Below the pieces are notes generated by a model that made no database searches, had not been told where the DNA came from, and saw nothing but the letters and a program-made list of their open reading frames with translations. Made by a program: the position numbers and the translations under genes. Shown piece after piece: positions 50,880 through 62,784 of a stretch of DNA of 64,000 nt (positions are counted from its first letter, which is position 1; each line of letters opens with the position of its first letter). The DNA is from Macrostomum lignano (lineage: Eukaryota): NCBI GenBank assembly GCA_002269645.1, contig NIVC01002611.1:92916-156915 (forward strand). Direction: 5' to 3'.

Positions 50880-51760
50880 CTCCTAGCTCATGGCTCATAG
50901 CTCATGGCTCATAGCTTATGGCTCATAGGTCATAGCTCATAGCTCGAAGCTCATAGCTAATAGCTCATAGCTCATAGCTCATAGCTCATAGCTCATAGCT
51001 CATAGCTCATAGCTCATAGCTCATAGCTCATAGCTCATAGCTCATAGCTCATAGCTCAGTTCATAGCTCATAGCTCATAGCTCATAGCTCAGTTCATAGC
51101 TCATAGCTCATAGCTCATAGCTCATAGCTCATAGCTCAGTTCATAGCTCATAGCTCATAGCTCATAGCTCAGTTCATAGCTCATAGCTCATAGCTCAGTT
51201 CATAGCTCATAGCTCATAGCTCAGTTCATAGCTCATAGCTCATAGCTCAATTCATAGCTCATAGCTCATAGCTCATAGCTCAGTTCATAGCTCATAGCTC
51301 AGTTCATAGCTCATAGCTCATAGCTAATAGCTCAGTTCATAGCTCATAGCTCATAGCTCATAGCTCATAGCTCAGTTCATAGCTCATAGCTCATAGCTCA
51401 TAGCTCAGTTCATAGCTCATAGCTCATAGCTCATAGCTCATAGCTCATAGCTCAGTTCATAGCTCATAGCTCATAGCTCATAGCTCAGTTCATAGCTCAT
51501 AGCTCATAGCTCATAGCTCATAGCTCATAGCTCAGTTCATAGCTCATAGCTCATAGCTCATAGCTCATAGCTCAGTTCATAGCTCATAGCTCATAGCTCA
51601 TAGCTCAGTTCATAGCTCATAGCTCATAGCTCATAGCTCATAGCTCATAGCTCAGTTCATAGCTCATAGCTCATAGCTCATAACTCATAGCTCATAGCTC
51701 ATAGCTCAGTTCATAGCTCATAGCTCATAGCTCATAGCTCAGTTCATAGCTCATAGCTCA
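50880..51760. repeat. 7-bp repeat (CTCATAG)n with interspersed CTCAGTT variant units
   Basis: Read directly. Confidence 0.96.
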
Positions 51761-52154
51761 TACGAGCAAGTTAATCTCATAGCTAATCTCATAGCTAATT
51801 TGTCCAATCAAGTGCAAACGAAGGCTAGGCAAATCAGTGCTAATATATCAGTAGCGCTGATAGTAGTTCATGGCTCATAGAGACTATCTCATAGGCTATT
51901 GCTTAGAATCTAAACTCGCGTAGCAGTGAGCTAGTCAGTCTAGTGCTCTACTGGTGTCCAAAATAGGGGGCCTGAGGAAAGCTTGTAAGTCCAGGGTCTG
52001 GGCGTAGCAAACACCCACTCAGCTTCCACTGCATCCGTGAAATGTTGCTTATTTCTGTCCAGCTTTCTCCAATTTAGTTCAGTCTGGGGATTCACTCCCC
52101 ACTGACACCAGTCCCCTGAATGCTTAACCACTGTAGCACTAGGCTGTGTCTCCC

Positions 52155-52378
52155 ATTGGTCTATCCGGCTTTAGCCAATCAAAATCGAGCTATGGCTATT
52201 ACTATAATCCAGGAGCAGCAGTAGTAAGCTCTACGCTGCTGGGCGTCATTACGGAGTGGGCGGGAAGAGAGAGAGAGTGACAATTGTCTATAGCGAAGCG
52301 ATAATTGGACCTGGGGGTTGGGAGAGGGTGGTGGTTCCACGCCCGAACGCCTCCTCCGCAGGCAGCGGGGGCTATAAA
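52155..52378 (+). promoter_or_regulatory. Candidate Pol II promoter of the PKDCC-like gene
   Basis: CCAAT boxes (ATTGG 52155, CCAAT 52175, ATTGG 52304), a GC box GGGCGG (52258) and TATAAA (52373), ~190 bp upstream of a candidate ATG-bearing first exon. Motif-based inference only. Confidence 0.5.
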
Positions 52379-52568
52379 CCGCTGTCCTCACTCATGCCGC
52401 CAACAATCACACGCTTGTCCTGGTGTAGCAGTGTGGAGAGTGCTTAGGCTACAGTAAAGCGCTGAGAAGTTTTTTTTGAGAATCCAAGGATAGATCAACT
52501 CTAATTGATTATAGAGTAGACACTGGGCAGAGACTTGCTATTTTGATTCTTTAGAACCAAAAAAGGAG

Positions 52569-52584
52569 ATGCAGCATACCGGAG
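52569..52584 (+). CDS. PKDCC: PKDCC-like kinase, candidate first coding exon (MQHTG, phase 1)
   Basis: ATG CAG CAT ACC GGA G|GTGAGT is a consensus donor whose phase matches the acceptor at 55270. There is no homology support for so short a segment. Confidence 0.45.
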
Positions 52585-52643
52585 GTGAGTTTACAGAGAA
52601 GACTCTTTACTGGAATTTAGTACTCGAAGTTATTAGTGGATTC

Positions 52644-53304
52644 CAGGGGCGGATTTAAGGGGGACCGCCCCCATCTTGTGGCTGGCCCCTTTTTCTTTTG
52701 GGCTAATAAGGTCCTCACCGCCCTCAGTTTGCTCAGTATGGCGCCTCTCTTGTCTATATTATGGCGCCCCTCTTGTCTATATTATGGCGTCCCTCTTGTC
52801 TATGGCGCTCCTCTTGTCTATATTATGGCGTCCCTCTTGTCTATGGCGCCCCTCTTGTCTATATTATGGCGCCCTCTTGTCTATGGCGCCCTCTTGTCTA
52901 TGGCGCCCCTCTTGTCTATATTATGGCGCCCTCTAGTGTATATTATGGCGCCCCTCTAGTGTATATTATGGCGCCCCTCTTGTCTATATTATAACGCCCC
53001 TCTGTTTATATTATAACGCCCCTCTCGTCTATCTATGGCGCCCTTCTCGTCTATATTATGGCGCCCCTCTTGTCTATATTATAACGCCCCTCTTGTTTAT
53101 ATTATAACGCCCCTCTCGTCTATACTATGGCGCCCTTCTCGTCTATATTATGACGCCCCTCTAGTGTATATTATGGCGCCCCTCTAGTGTATATTATGGC
53201 GCTCCTCTCGTCTATACTATGGCGCCCCTCTCGTCTATACTACGGCACACCACTCTTATGGTTAAAATCCACTCCCTCATTTTATATTTCTAAATCCGCC
53301 TCTG
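52644..53304. mobile_element. hAT-type MITE (661 bp) containing an internal GGCGCC-rich tandem repeat (~52737-53250)
   Basis: 14-bp TIRs CAGGGGCGGATTTA / TAAATCCGCCTCTG (1 mismatch) and an 8-bp TSD GTGGATTC (52636-52643 and 53305-53312). Confidence 0.9.
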
Positions 53305-54104
53305 GTGGATTCCAGTAGGAAAGTTTAATACACGCAGGCAACAGATCTGTATCTGTAAAAGATGCATCTATGGTTTATGGTTAACAGCAACTAAGGTTAA
53401 AGAATAGCCCTAAACCAAGGAATTCTAAATCTAGCATTTAGAATTCCTTGCCTAAACCCAAAAAATGGAAATGACAAAATGACAATCGGTCATTTAAAAC
53501 AACGAAATTTTACAGTGTACACTGTCAAAGTTAAGATTGATCATAATTACGGAACTTTTCTAAACTTTCGAACTTGAATTGAATCTTGCGAATAGGGTTA
53601 GTAGTATGCTACATCTGGTTTAGGGCTAAAGGCTACCCTATGAAGTTTAGTACGTGGTTACATCCCTAACACTTGAACGAAGGGTTGTTTAAGCCAGGTG
53701 ACATCCCTGCACTCACACAGCTTGCTTCATCGTGCTTCTGATCTGCTGCACCCAAACCTGCCTGCCTGCTTTGGCTAACAAGCAGATCAAGGGATGGCCA
53801 TTGCGCTTGACTTTTTGGCTGACAGACAGGGAGGTCAGTTTCACAAAGGCCCAGAGCATCCAGCATCCCCTTGGCACCCAGTCAGTTGCCATGCCTTTCT
53901 GACAGTTGCCGCTGTCTGTCTCTTTCTAGTGTAGTGTGTCGGATTTCCGCAGAGTTGATGAGCGGGTGTGGTGAAGGATAGCGAGTCCTGTGCACGAAAC
54001 ACTAGCCCAGGGAGCTAGAGAATTAGACAGTCAGGCCCGCTGTACATCCTGTGGCAGCGTGTGTAAGAGTGCGTGCCTGAGTACAGTGTTGGCATATGCT
54101 CATA

Positions 54105-55230
54105 GGGTCACACTCTCAATAGTAACAGAAGGTCACACTCTCAATAGTAACAGAGGGTCACACTCTCAATAGTAACAGAGGGTCACACTCTCAATAGTAA
54201 CAGAGGGTCACACAATAGTAACTGAGGGTCACACAATAGTAACTGAGGGTCACACAATAGTAACTGAGGGTCACACAATAGTAACAGAGGGTCACACAAT
54301 GGTAACAGAGGGTCACACAATAGTAACAGAGGGTCACACTCTCAATGGTAACAGAGGGTCACACTCCAATAGTAACAGAGGGTCACACAATAGTAACTGA
54401 GGGTCACACTCTCAATGGTAACAGAGGGTCACACTCTCAATAGTAACAGAGGGTCACACAATAGTAACTGAGGTCACACAATAGTAACTGAGGGTCACAC
54501 AATAGTAACTGAGGGTCACACAATAGTAACAGAGGGTCACACAATGGTAACAGAGGGTCACACAATAGTAACAGAGGGTCACACTCTCAATGGTAACTGA
54601 GGGTCACTCTCTCAATGGTAACAGAGGGTCACACAATAGTAACAGAGGGTCACACAATAGTAACTGAGGGTCACACAATAGTAACAGAGGGTCACACAAT
54701 GGTAACAGAGGGTCACACAATAGTAACAGAGGGTCACACTCTCAATGGTAACAGAGGGTCACACTCTCAATAGTAACAGAGGGTCACACTCTCAATAGTA
54801 ACAGAGGGTCACACTCTCAATAGTAACAGAGGGTCACACTCTCAATAGTAACAGAGGGTCACACAATAGTAACAGAGGGTCACACTCTCAATAGTAACAG
54901 AGGGTCACACTCTCAATAGTAACAGAGGGTCACACAATAGTAACAGAGGGTCACACTCTCAATAGTAACAGAGGGTCACACTCTCAATAGTAACAGAGGG
55001 TCACACTCTCAATAGTAACAGAGGGTCACACTCTCAATAGTAACTGAAGGTCACACTCTCAATAGTAACAGAGGGTCACACAATAGTAACAGAGGGTCAC
55101 ACAATGGTAACAGAGGGTCACACAATAGTAACAGAGGGTCACACAATGGTAACAGAGGGTCACACAATAGTAACAGAGGGTCACACAATAGTAACAGAGG
55201 GTCACACAATAGTAACAGAGGGTCACACTC
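54105..55230. repeat. 23/27-bp minisatellite (CAATAGTAACAGAGGGTCACA[CTCT])n ending ~40 bp before the PKDCC acceptor
   Basis: Read directly. Confidence 0.95.
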
Positions 55231-55270
55231 AATGGTAGCAGAGGACCGTCTTCTCTCACCGTCCGAGCAG

Positions 55271-55808
55271 ATTCGAACGAGTTCCGAACTCGCCGGCCGG
55301 CGGCTCAGCTGCTTGCAGCTGTCGTCATTGCCGGCCTCCTGCTGATCATCGTCAGCCTTCTGGGCCTCCTCGGAGTGCTGATTTTCCATCAGTTGGCCGG
55401 CGATGATGCGTCAGCGGCTGCTTCAATGCTAGCAGAATCTTCTTCGCCAGGAGAAAGCGCCGAGCCCAGCCTCTCGAAGCTCTACTCCGCGCGCTCTGAC
55501 CGAAATGGTTTTCGATACACATCGGCGCCGTCAGCTGGAGCAACAGCTACTAGAATCGAATTGTCGGCGACGTTATCGGAGCCTGCGACCGCTGGCGCCG
55601 GCTGGAGCAAAGCTGCTGAGGCTGGCTGTGGACGCTCAGACCGGGGAGACAGTGCGTTGAAGCGGCCTCACCGAAGCGGTCGCGACATGCTCGCTGCCTG
55701 CGAAGGCGACTCGGCGACGTCGACGGTTGCTACGAGCGATTGGCTTGCAAATTCCTGCGCGAACTCGTCTTCCTGCAGTCGCTGGACGGCACCGATGGGA
55801 TCGTCAGG
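55271..55808 (+). CDS. PKDCC: PKDCC/VLK-like kinase, exon with signal-anchor helix and kinase N-lobe; reading frame disrupted by several indels in this sequence
   Basis: Acceptor tcttctctcaccgtccgagcAG (55270) and donor AGG|GTGAAG (55809). The TM segment LLAAVVIAGLLLIIVSLLGLLGVLIF, then SNCRRRYRSLRPL, GAGWSKA, AVDAQTGETV, ALKRPHRSGRDM and RCLRRRLGDVDGCYERLACKFLRELVFLQSLDGTDGIVR follow PKDCC order but lie in different frames. Confidence 0.75.
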
Positions 55809-55834
55809 GTGAAGCTGGAAGAAATGAAAGCAGT

Positions 55835-56480
55835 GTGAATGGGGCTGACTGGGTGTGAATGGAGCTGACTGGGATGAATTGAGCTGTCGAGGTGTGATGG
55901 AGCTAAATTGTGAATTGAGCTGACTGGGATGTGAATGGGGACTGGATAGGTGTGAAGGGGCTGAACTGGGGTGTGAATGGGGGGCTGACTGGGTGTGAAT
56001 TGAGCTGACTTGGTGTGAATTGAGCTAACTAGGGTGTGAATGGGGCTGACTGGGGTGTGAATGAAGCTGACTGGGGTGTGAATGAGGCTGACTGGGTGTG
56101 AATTGAGCCAACTAGGGTGTGAATGGGGCTGACTGGGGTGTGAATGGAGCTGACTGGGGTGTGAATGGGGCTGACTGGGGTGTGAATGGGGCTGAATAGG
56201 GTGTGAATGGGGCTGATTGGGTGTGAATTGAGCCAACTAGGGTGTGAATGGGGCTGACTGGGGTGTGAATGGAGCTGACTGAGATGTGAATGGAGCTGAC
56301 TGGGGTGTGAATGGGGCTGAATAGGGTGTGAATGGGGCTGATTGGGTGTGAATTGAGCCAACTAGGGTGTGAATGGGGCTGACTGGGGTGTGAATGGAGC
56401 TGACTGAGATGTGAATGGGGCTGGATAGGGTGTAAATGGGGCTGACTGGGGTGTGAATGGACCTGGCTAGGGTGTGAATC
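55835..56480. repeat. 20-21-bp minisatellite (GTGTGAATGGGGCTGACTGGG)n starting ~25 bp after the donor
   Basis: Read directly. Confidence 0.93.
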
Positions 56481-57029
56481 TGAGTGTTACGAGTGTGAAT
56501 GAATAACATGGGAGTATCGGGAGCGTGAACAAGGCTCTGTAACTGAGGAGTGCGTGACAACTTTCTGCAAGCATCGGGCCTATTTGCAACTCAGTGTATA
56601 CTAGCTAATGCTGCAATCTTTGCATAAACTCCCGCAACATGCAGGCTTCTCCTCTCAACAACACAGCAAGTGAGCCACCTATCATCCACTTTACTCCGTC
56701 GCAATTATTCTCGTCATTGTGAAAGCAAGCAAGCTCAGAACATCTTGCTTTTTCATATCATTATTCTCCTTCTTCTTCTTCTGCTTCTGCTTCAAGTGCG
56801 AGTAGAATCTTCAACCAGCTTAGCAGCAGGCGTCTTAATCAGCTTAATGAGCTGGCCAAGCATGGGGCTTTTGAGGGGCTGCTTCATTCATTAATGGGTC
56901 TGGGGGTGGGCTTGGCTGCCGTACCGAAGTCCTGCATGCCAGCTAGCCCGATCATGGACACTTAAATAGAGTTTGGAATAGCACCTCTCCCCCTTTCTAC
57001 TGACCTACTTTTTACGGAATCTGTCGGTA

Positions 57030-57332
57030 GGTTCACGGTCTTTGCTGCATCACAGTCCCTGGGTTCACGGTCTTTGCAGAGTCACAATCCCTGGGTTCAC
57101 GGTCTTTGCAGAGTCACAGTCCCTGGGTTCACGGTCTTTGCAGAGTCACAGTCCTTGGGTTCACGGTCTTTGCAGAGTCACAGTCCTTGGGTTCACGGTC
57201 TTTGCAGAGTCACAGCCCCTGGGTTCACGATCTTTGCTGCATTATAGTCCCTGGGTTCACGGTCTTTGCAGAGTCACAGTCCCTGTGTTCACGGTCTTTG
57301 AAGAGTCATAGTCCCTGGGTTCACGGTCTTTG
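57030..57332. repeat. 32-bp minisatellite (CCCTGGGTTCACGGTCTTTGCAGAGTCACAGT)n
   Basis: 32-bp period. Confidence 0.93.
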
Positions 57333-57883
57333 CGGCAAAGTCAAAGTCATCGAGTTCACGGGTATCGACTCAGAATTTGAAGTTTTTATAGCAAGAGCCA
57401 ATCTTTAAAATGAGACCAGCTTCATTATCAGTAAATTCGAACCACACTGAAAATGTTTTTTAACGAAAAGACTGTAGCCACTCCTGATACTCATTGAAGA
57501 CCTCCCTGGCCTATGGGTCATCCAGCTGCATGTTAGGAGGCCCGAGTGGCCCTACAGTTTGATTAAAATATCTTCTTCAGAACTGGCGAGGCTCATTAAG
57601 AGAAGCAGCTGCCCCCCGCTGCGGAGAGTCTGGCACAGTGAAGTGGCTTAATGCATTTAAAATTAAATCTCGGCCATGCCTGTACCTTCTGAGAGTCTGA
57701 GAGGCTCAAGCCAGCAGATTTTTATCAGGACTATCAGACGATCAATTTTAGTGGGATAGTTTATGCAGTATTTCAGCTAGCTTTATAGCAATACAGCTCT
57801 GAATATCTAGATTCACTGTGTCATGGGTACTGATGATGAAGCTGTAGAAGCTTTAAAACGAGGTTGCTGAGGTTGGCCACGGG

Positions 57884-58460
57884 CGGGTTCACGGTCTTCA
57901 CGTCACAGTCCCCGGGTTCACGGTCTTCACGTCACAGTCCCCGGGTTCACGGTCTTCGCTCCAAAGTCCCCGGGTTCACGGTCTTCGCTCCAAAGTTTCC
58001 GGGTTCACGGTCTTCGCTCCAAAATCCCCGAGTTCACGGTCTTCGCTCCAAAATCCCCGGGTTCACGGTCTTCGCATCATTGTCCTCGGTTCACGGTCTT
58101 CGCTCCAAAATCCCCGGGTTCACGGTCTTCGCATCATTGTCCCCGGTTCACGGTCTTCGCTCTAAAACCCCGGGTTCACGGTCTTCGCTCCAAAGTCACC
58201 GGGTTCACGGTCTTCGCTCCAAAGTCCCCGAGTTCACGGTCTTCTCTCCAAAATCCCCGGGTTCACGGTCTTCGCTCCAAAGTCTCCGGGTTCACGGTCT
58301 TCGAATCAAAGTCCCCGAGTTCACGGTCTTCGAATCAAAATCCCCGAGTTCACGGTCTTCGCTCCAAAGTCCCCGAGTTCACCGTCTTCGAATCAAAATC
58401 CCGAGTTCACGGTCTTCGAATCAAAGTCCCCGAGTTCACGGTCTTCGCTCCAAAGTCACG
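57884..58460. repeat. ~29-31-bp minisatellite (CCCGGGTTCACGGTCTTCGCTCCAAAGT..)n
   Basis: Tandem units sharing the GGTTCACGGTCTT core with the preceding array. Confidence 0.92.
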
Positions 58461-59464
58461 GGTCTAGAGTTTTTCGGCCGACTCCCCTTTCACAAGGCCA
58501 CAGAGAGTTTGCATGACTGCTGAAAGTCAGGACCGCTGTACACCCAGGGGTCAGCAGAATGCGCATGGACTGCTTGCCTCGATGCCCAAAGCCCCCCATT
58601 CCCAAGGACGGTATGGGGAGAGAGAGCGGAAGAGGGAAGACAGGCTTATAGGACTGGCGAAGAATGAGGTCCACCAGAGAAGAGCAGAGCCTTCCTGCAT
58701 GCAAAAAGCCCGAGTGGCCACTCCAGCCAGCCGCAGCGCCCCCCTACAGTCCAGTGAACAATGCCAGTCAATTAGGGAAAAACGAAAACTCAACTGCTGC
58801 ATCAGTGGCGGAGCCGTTCAGGGTCCTAAGCGCTTAATAGCACAGGTAGGATGAAGCCAGCTCTATTAGCATATGCTAGCTAGCGCTGCAATGGAAAACT
58901 ATATAGTGAACAGAACAGCTGTTCTGTGTCGGGCATTGCGGTATTGGAGTTTTGCATGTTCTCAACAGACAAAGAAGCCACTGCAGAGCCACTCGCTAGC
59001 AGCAACTTGCAGATGTGGGGAGGGCACAAATATTTGCTGGAGTTTTCAACTTTTTAGCATTAAGCTCACAACATCTCACATTTAGAACAGAATTTGGAGG
59101 AAATCTATGCGTATCATAGACAAAGTAGACGTCTTTTTTTACACAATTTTGCTCTGATTTCTTGCCTTTCTCTGTTCTATAGAAAGGAAATGTTCTATCT
59201 TATCATAAAAACGCTAGAGGAAGTCAGATTATTTAAGCTAATAAGATGTTTTTGATCTACGTCCACGGCTTACAGAAGAGACGAAACATTTTCGCGTTCA
59301 AATATAAGTAGAATTTCTCGGAAAAATAGAATCCAATAAAACAAACTAACATTCCGGATGTATAAGAACTCTAAAATAAATTTGCGCAGAAAATTATTGC
59401 AGCCAAGAAAAAATGTATTGTTTCAAGTTTTATTATAGTTTGTGGGCGAAATGCTTATCGGAAG

Positions 59465-60161
59465 CAAGGACGACTTAAGTAGAAGGACGGGAAACCTCGT
59501 TTCTTAGAAAATTTTTGAAGGCACTTTTTTCCGAAAAAATACACTGCGGAGATAGGAAATTTTCATTTTTTCAGCACAAAAATTGCTATTACTTTTGATA
59601 GGAGGCAGATCCAGTGTTGATCTTTTGATATGTTGTGCCTTTTTTATTGCTCTATCGATATTCATAAGGCTTTTCGTTCAGAAAATTAGATTTCTATGTT
59701 AATTTTTTATTCTACGTATATTTCCTGTACCTGAAAATCACAATAATGCATGACACAGCTCCAATATTTGGTTTTATGAATCTATTTTATCATCTATGTT
59801 ACGAATATTTGCACACAGTCAGTTAAGAATGATAAAATAGACTTATGAAACCAAAGAGCCGAGCCGTGGCAGTCTAATGTATTTCAAGCACAAGACGCGT
59901 GAAAATATACGTGAAATAAAAAATTAACATAGAAATATAATTTTCTGAACGAAAAGCCTTATAAATATCGATAGAGCAATAAAAAAGGCACAACATATCA
60001 AAAGATCAACACTGGATCTGCCTCCTATCAAAAGTAATAGCAATTTTTGTGCTGAAAAAATGAAAATTTCCTATCTCCGCAGTGTATTTTTTCGGAAAAA
60101 AGTGCCTTCAAAAATTTTCTAAGAAACGAGGTTTCCCGTCCTTCTACTTAAGTCGTCCTTG
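59465..60161. mobile_element. Foldback-type MITE (697 bp) with ~250-bp terminal inverted repeats
   Basis: 59465-~59710 is the near-perfect reverse complement of ~59916-60161 (termini CAAGGACGACTTAAG..). 8-bp TSD ATCGGAAG (59457-59464 and 60162-60169). CA termini plus an 8-bp TSD fit the P or hAT superfamily. Confidence 0.93.
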
Positions 60162-61217
60162 ATCGGAAGTTCATCGCGAGAAAGTTCGAAAAGATTTGCC
60201 ATTATGTACATTTGTAAATATACGAGTCGAGAAAAATACATTAAAGAGACTCAAAAGCAACTGAAATTTCGCTTGCTTGCCGATTTCCAGTAGTCTGCTG
60301 GTAAGAGTTTGGGCAGAATTCGCATCGATCTGGGGAGATTGGCGCTTTGATTCCCGGGTTTCCCAAAGCCCTTCCCGTCCCAGAGATCCTTGCGCAGCAT
60401 CCCCCTTTCAATGCATATGATTCTCCTTTTCTTTTTTTCTCCATCTCTCGCTGCATCATCTCATCATGGCTAGACCTGAGATCCCGCCAGAGACTTTCCT
60501 TCCCTGTGCGGCTCGCCTCGAATCCGTTAGGATGCTGGAATTGAAGGAATGAAGGAATCAATATGGGCCTGAGCACAGCTTCCTCCATGCCAGCTTCATC
60601 TTATGTGGTTTTCTCCCGAGGAAAGCACATGATTAAGCTTCAAGTCCTTTCCAATTGCTGGGTGATGGTAAATGTTGCTGTACACCCTGATGTAAGCGTG
60701 TGCCTGGGTACGTATCCATGTTACAATATCGCTGACGGGCCCCAGACCCTCAACAGACCTAAGCCAGATATGGCGCATTGTCCTAAATAAGAGCAGCACA
60801 AGTGCCACACACTCAGAGCTGTCACTCTCGCTCATGTAGGACTCCGCTGCTAAATTCATTTATGCTTCTCACTCCTACCCCCGGCTCAGTACTGAGAGCT
60901 TGACTCATCCAATAATTCTCTGTCTGCTATGAGCTTAAAACGATTAGTTACAGACTATGGGATTCACTAATCAGAGAATTGCTGCTGAAATGAATCATCC
61001 AGCAGCACACCTGTTTAATGTCGCTGGGCATTTCTGTGGACTGAAAGGGGGTTTATTGATGCGCAGGAGTCGAAGGGACGGAGGCCGGTTGGAGGGGGGT
61101 GGGCTGCTGAGGCACGCAGTCTGTCTGCAGCTTTGATTGATTGGAGGCGATGCGACTTAATTACCACGGCTGTAAGGTTGGGCTCCGATTCTTTGGGATT
61201 TTAATGAGTATGTTGCG

Positions 61218-61393
<176 letters not shown>

Positions 61394-61459
61394 TCTGATG
61401 TTTTCAGCTCGACAATCGGCTTAAGCTAGAAGCCCCTTCCGCCCCAATTCCCATTGCAG

Positions 61460-61567
61460 CTCAAAGGCTGGTGCCTGTCGCACAGAGAATTCTACATCGC
61501 CACTGAAGTTGGCAACCCGCTGGACATTGTCAGCCTGCTGCAGATGGGCTGGGAGGACAGACTCAGG
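61460..61567 (+). CDS. PKDCC: PKDCC-like kinase exon (108 bp, phase 0-0)
   Basis: cccattgcAG|..AGG|GTGAGT. LKGWCLSHREFYIATEVGNPLDIVSLLQMGWEDRLR resembles PKDCC [29 protein letters not shown]. Confidence 0.92.
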
Positions 61568-61637
61568 GTGAGTAGTTAAAGCGAGCTGAATCAACTCGTC
61601 TAAGGGATCATCGAAAGCCCTCATCGAACCCTTGCAG

Positions 61638-61849
61638 ATCGCGGCGGACCTCGCCCAGCTGCTGCATCGACTGCACGCCTCCCCAGTCGGCTCCCTGGCT
61701 TTGCGCGACTTCCGGCGCGGCCAGTTCGCGCTCGCCGGCGACGGCCGGCTGAAACTCATCGATTTGGACGACCTCGACAGGCGGCTGCCGCGGTGCAGCG
61801 GCCGGGATGGACTGTGCAGCGAGAAGGTCGACAAGGTCAACTACGTCAG
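61638..61849 (+). CDS. PKDCC: PKDCC-like kinase exon with the catalytic-loop region
   Basis: cccttgcAG|ATC..AG|GTGAAC. IAADLAQLLHRLHASPVGSLALRDFRRGQFALAGDGRLKLIDLDDL matches the PKDCC SPLGSVTLLDFRPRQFVL..LKVTDLDD signature. Confidence 0.94.
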
Positions 61850-61904
61850 GTGAACGCAAGGGCGTTGACTGTCTATCTCATTTTTCCTCTCTCACTAGTT
61901 ACTG

Positions 61905-62680
61905 TCTATCCCTGTCACTCCGATTCTTATCTGTCACTCCGATTCCTATCTGTCACTCTCGATTCCTATATGTCACTCTCGATTCCTATATGTCACTCTC
62001 GATCCCTATCTGTCACTCTCGATTCCTATCTGTCACTCTCGATCCCTATCTGTCACTCTCGATCCCTATCTGTCACTCTCGATTCCTATCTGTCACTCTC
62101 GATCCCTATCTGTCACTCTCGATTCCTATATGTCACTCTCGATCCCTATCTGTCACTCTCGATTCCTATCTGTCACTCTCGATCCCTATCTGTCACTCTC
62201 GATCCCTATCTGTCACTCTCGAATCCTATCTGTCACTCTCGATCCCTATCTGTCACTCTCGATTCCTATATGTCACTCTCGATCCCTATCTGTCACTCTC
62301 GATTCCTATCTGTCACTCTCGATCCCTATCCGTCACTCTCGATTCCTATCTGTCACTCTCGATTCCTATCTGTCACTCTCGATTCCTATCTGTCACTCTC
62401 GATCCCTATCTGTCACTCTCGATCCCTATCTGTCACTCTCGATTCCTATCTGTCACTCTCGATTCCTATCTGTCACTCTCGATTCCTATCTGTCACTCTC
62501 GATCCCTATCTGTCACTCTCGATTCCTATCTGTCACTCTCGATCCCTATCTGTCACTCTCGATCCCTATCTGTCACTCTCGATTCCTATCTGTCACTCTC
62601 GATTCCTATCTGTCACTCTCGATCCCTATCTGTCACTCTCGATTCCTATCTGTCACTCTCGATTCCTATCTGTCACTGTC
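61905..62680. repeat. 20-bp minisatellite (CTGTCACTCTCGAT(T/C)CCTAT)n filling a PKDCC intron
   Basis: 20-bp period. Confidence 0.96.
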
Positions 62681-62784
62681 ACTCTTAATCCCTATCTGTC
62701 TGTCACTTTTGTTCTCTGTCACTCTGATGTGTTAGTTATTGCTCAAACTCAAACTCAAGAACTCCCTGCCAACTCCCTGAACAG

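Noticed and set aside
55375-55812. The ORF-track 145-aa plus-strand ORF as a standalone protein
   Set aside because: It starts at a GTG and is only one of several frames of a frameshifted PKDCC exon.
55051-55816. Minus-strand gene model (MENQHSEE.., LHPDDPIGAVQRLQ..) with apparent GTGAG donors
   Set aside because: It is the antisense shadow of the plus-strand PKDCC exon. The frame has several stops and no homology, whereas the plus strand carries a TM helix and kinase motifs.
60241-60859. Short ORFs in the PKDCC intron, possibly an extra exon or LINE fragment
   Set aside because: No kinase or RT motifs are recognisable, and the PKDCC exons at 55808 and 61460 already join in phase 0 with contiguous homology.
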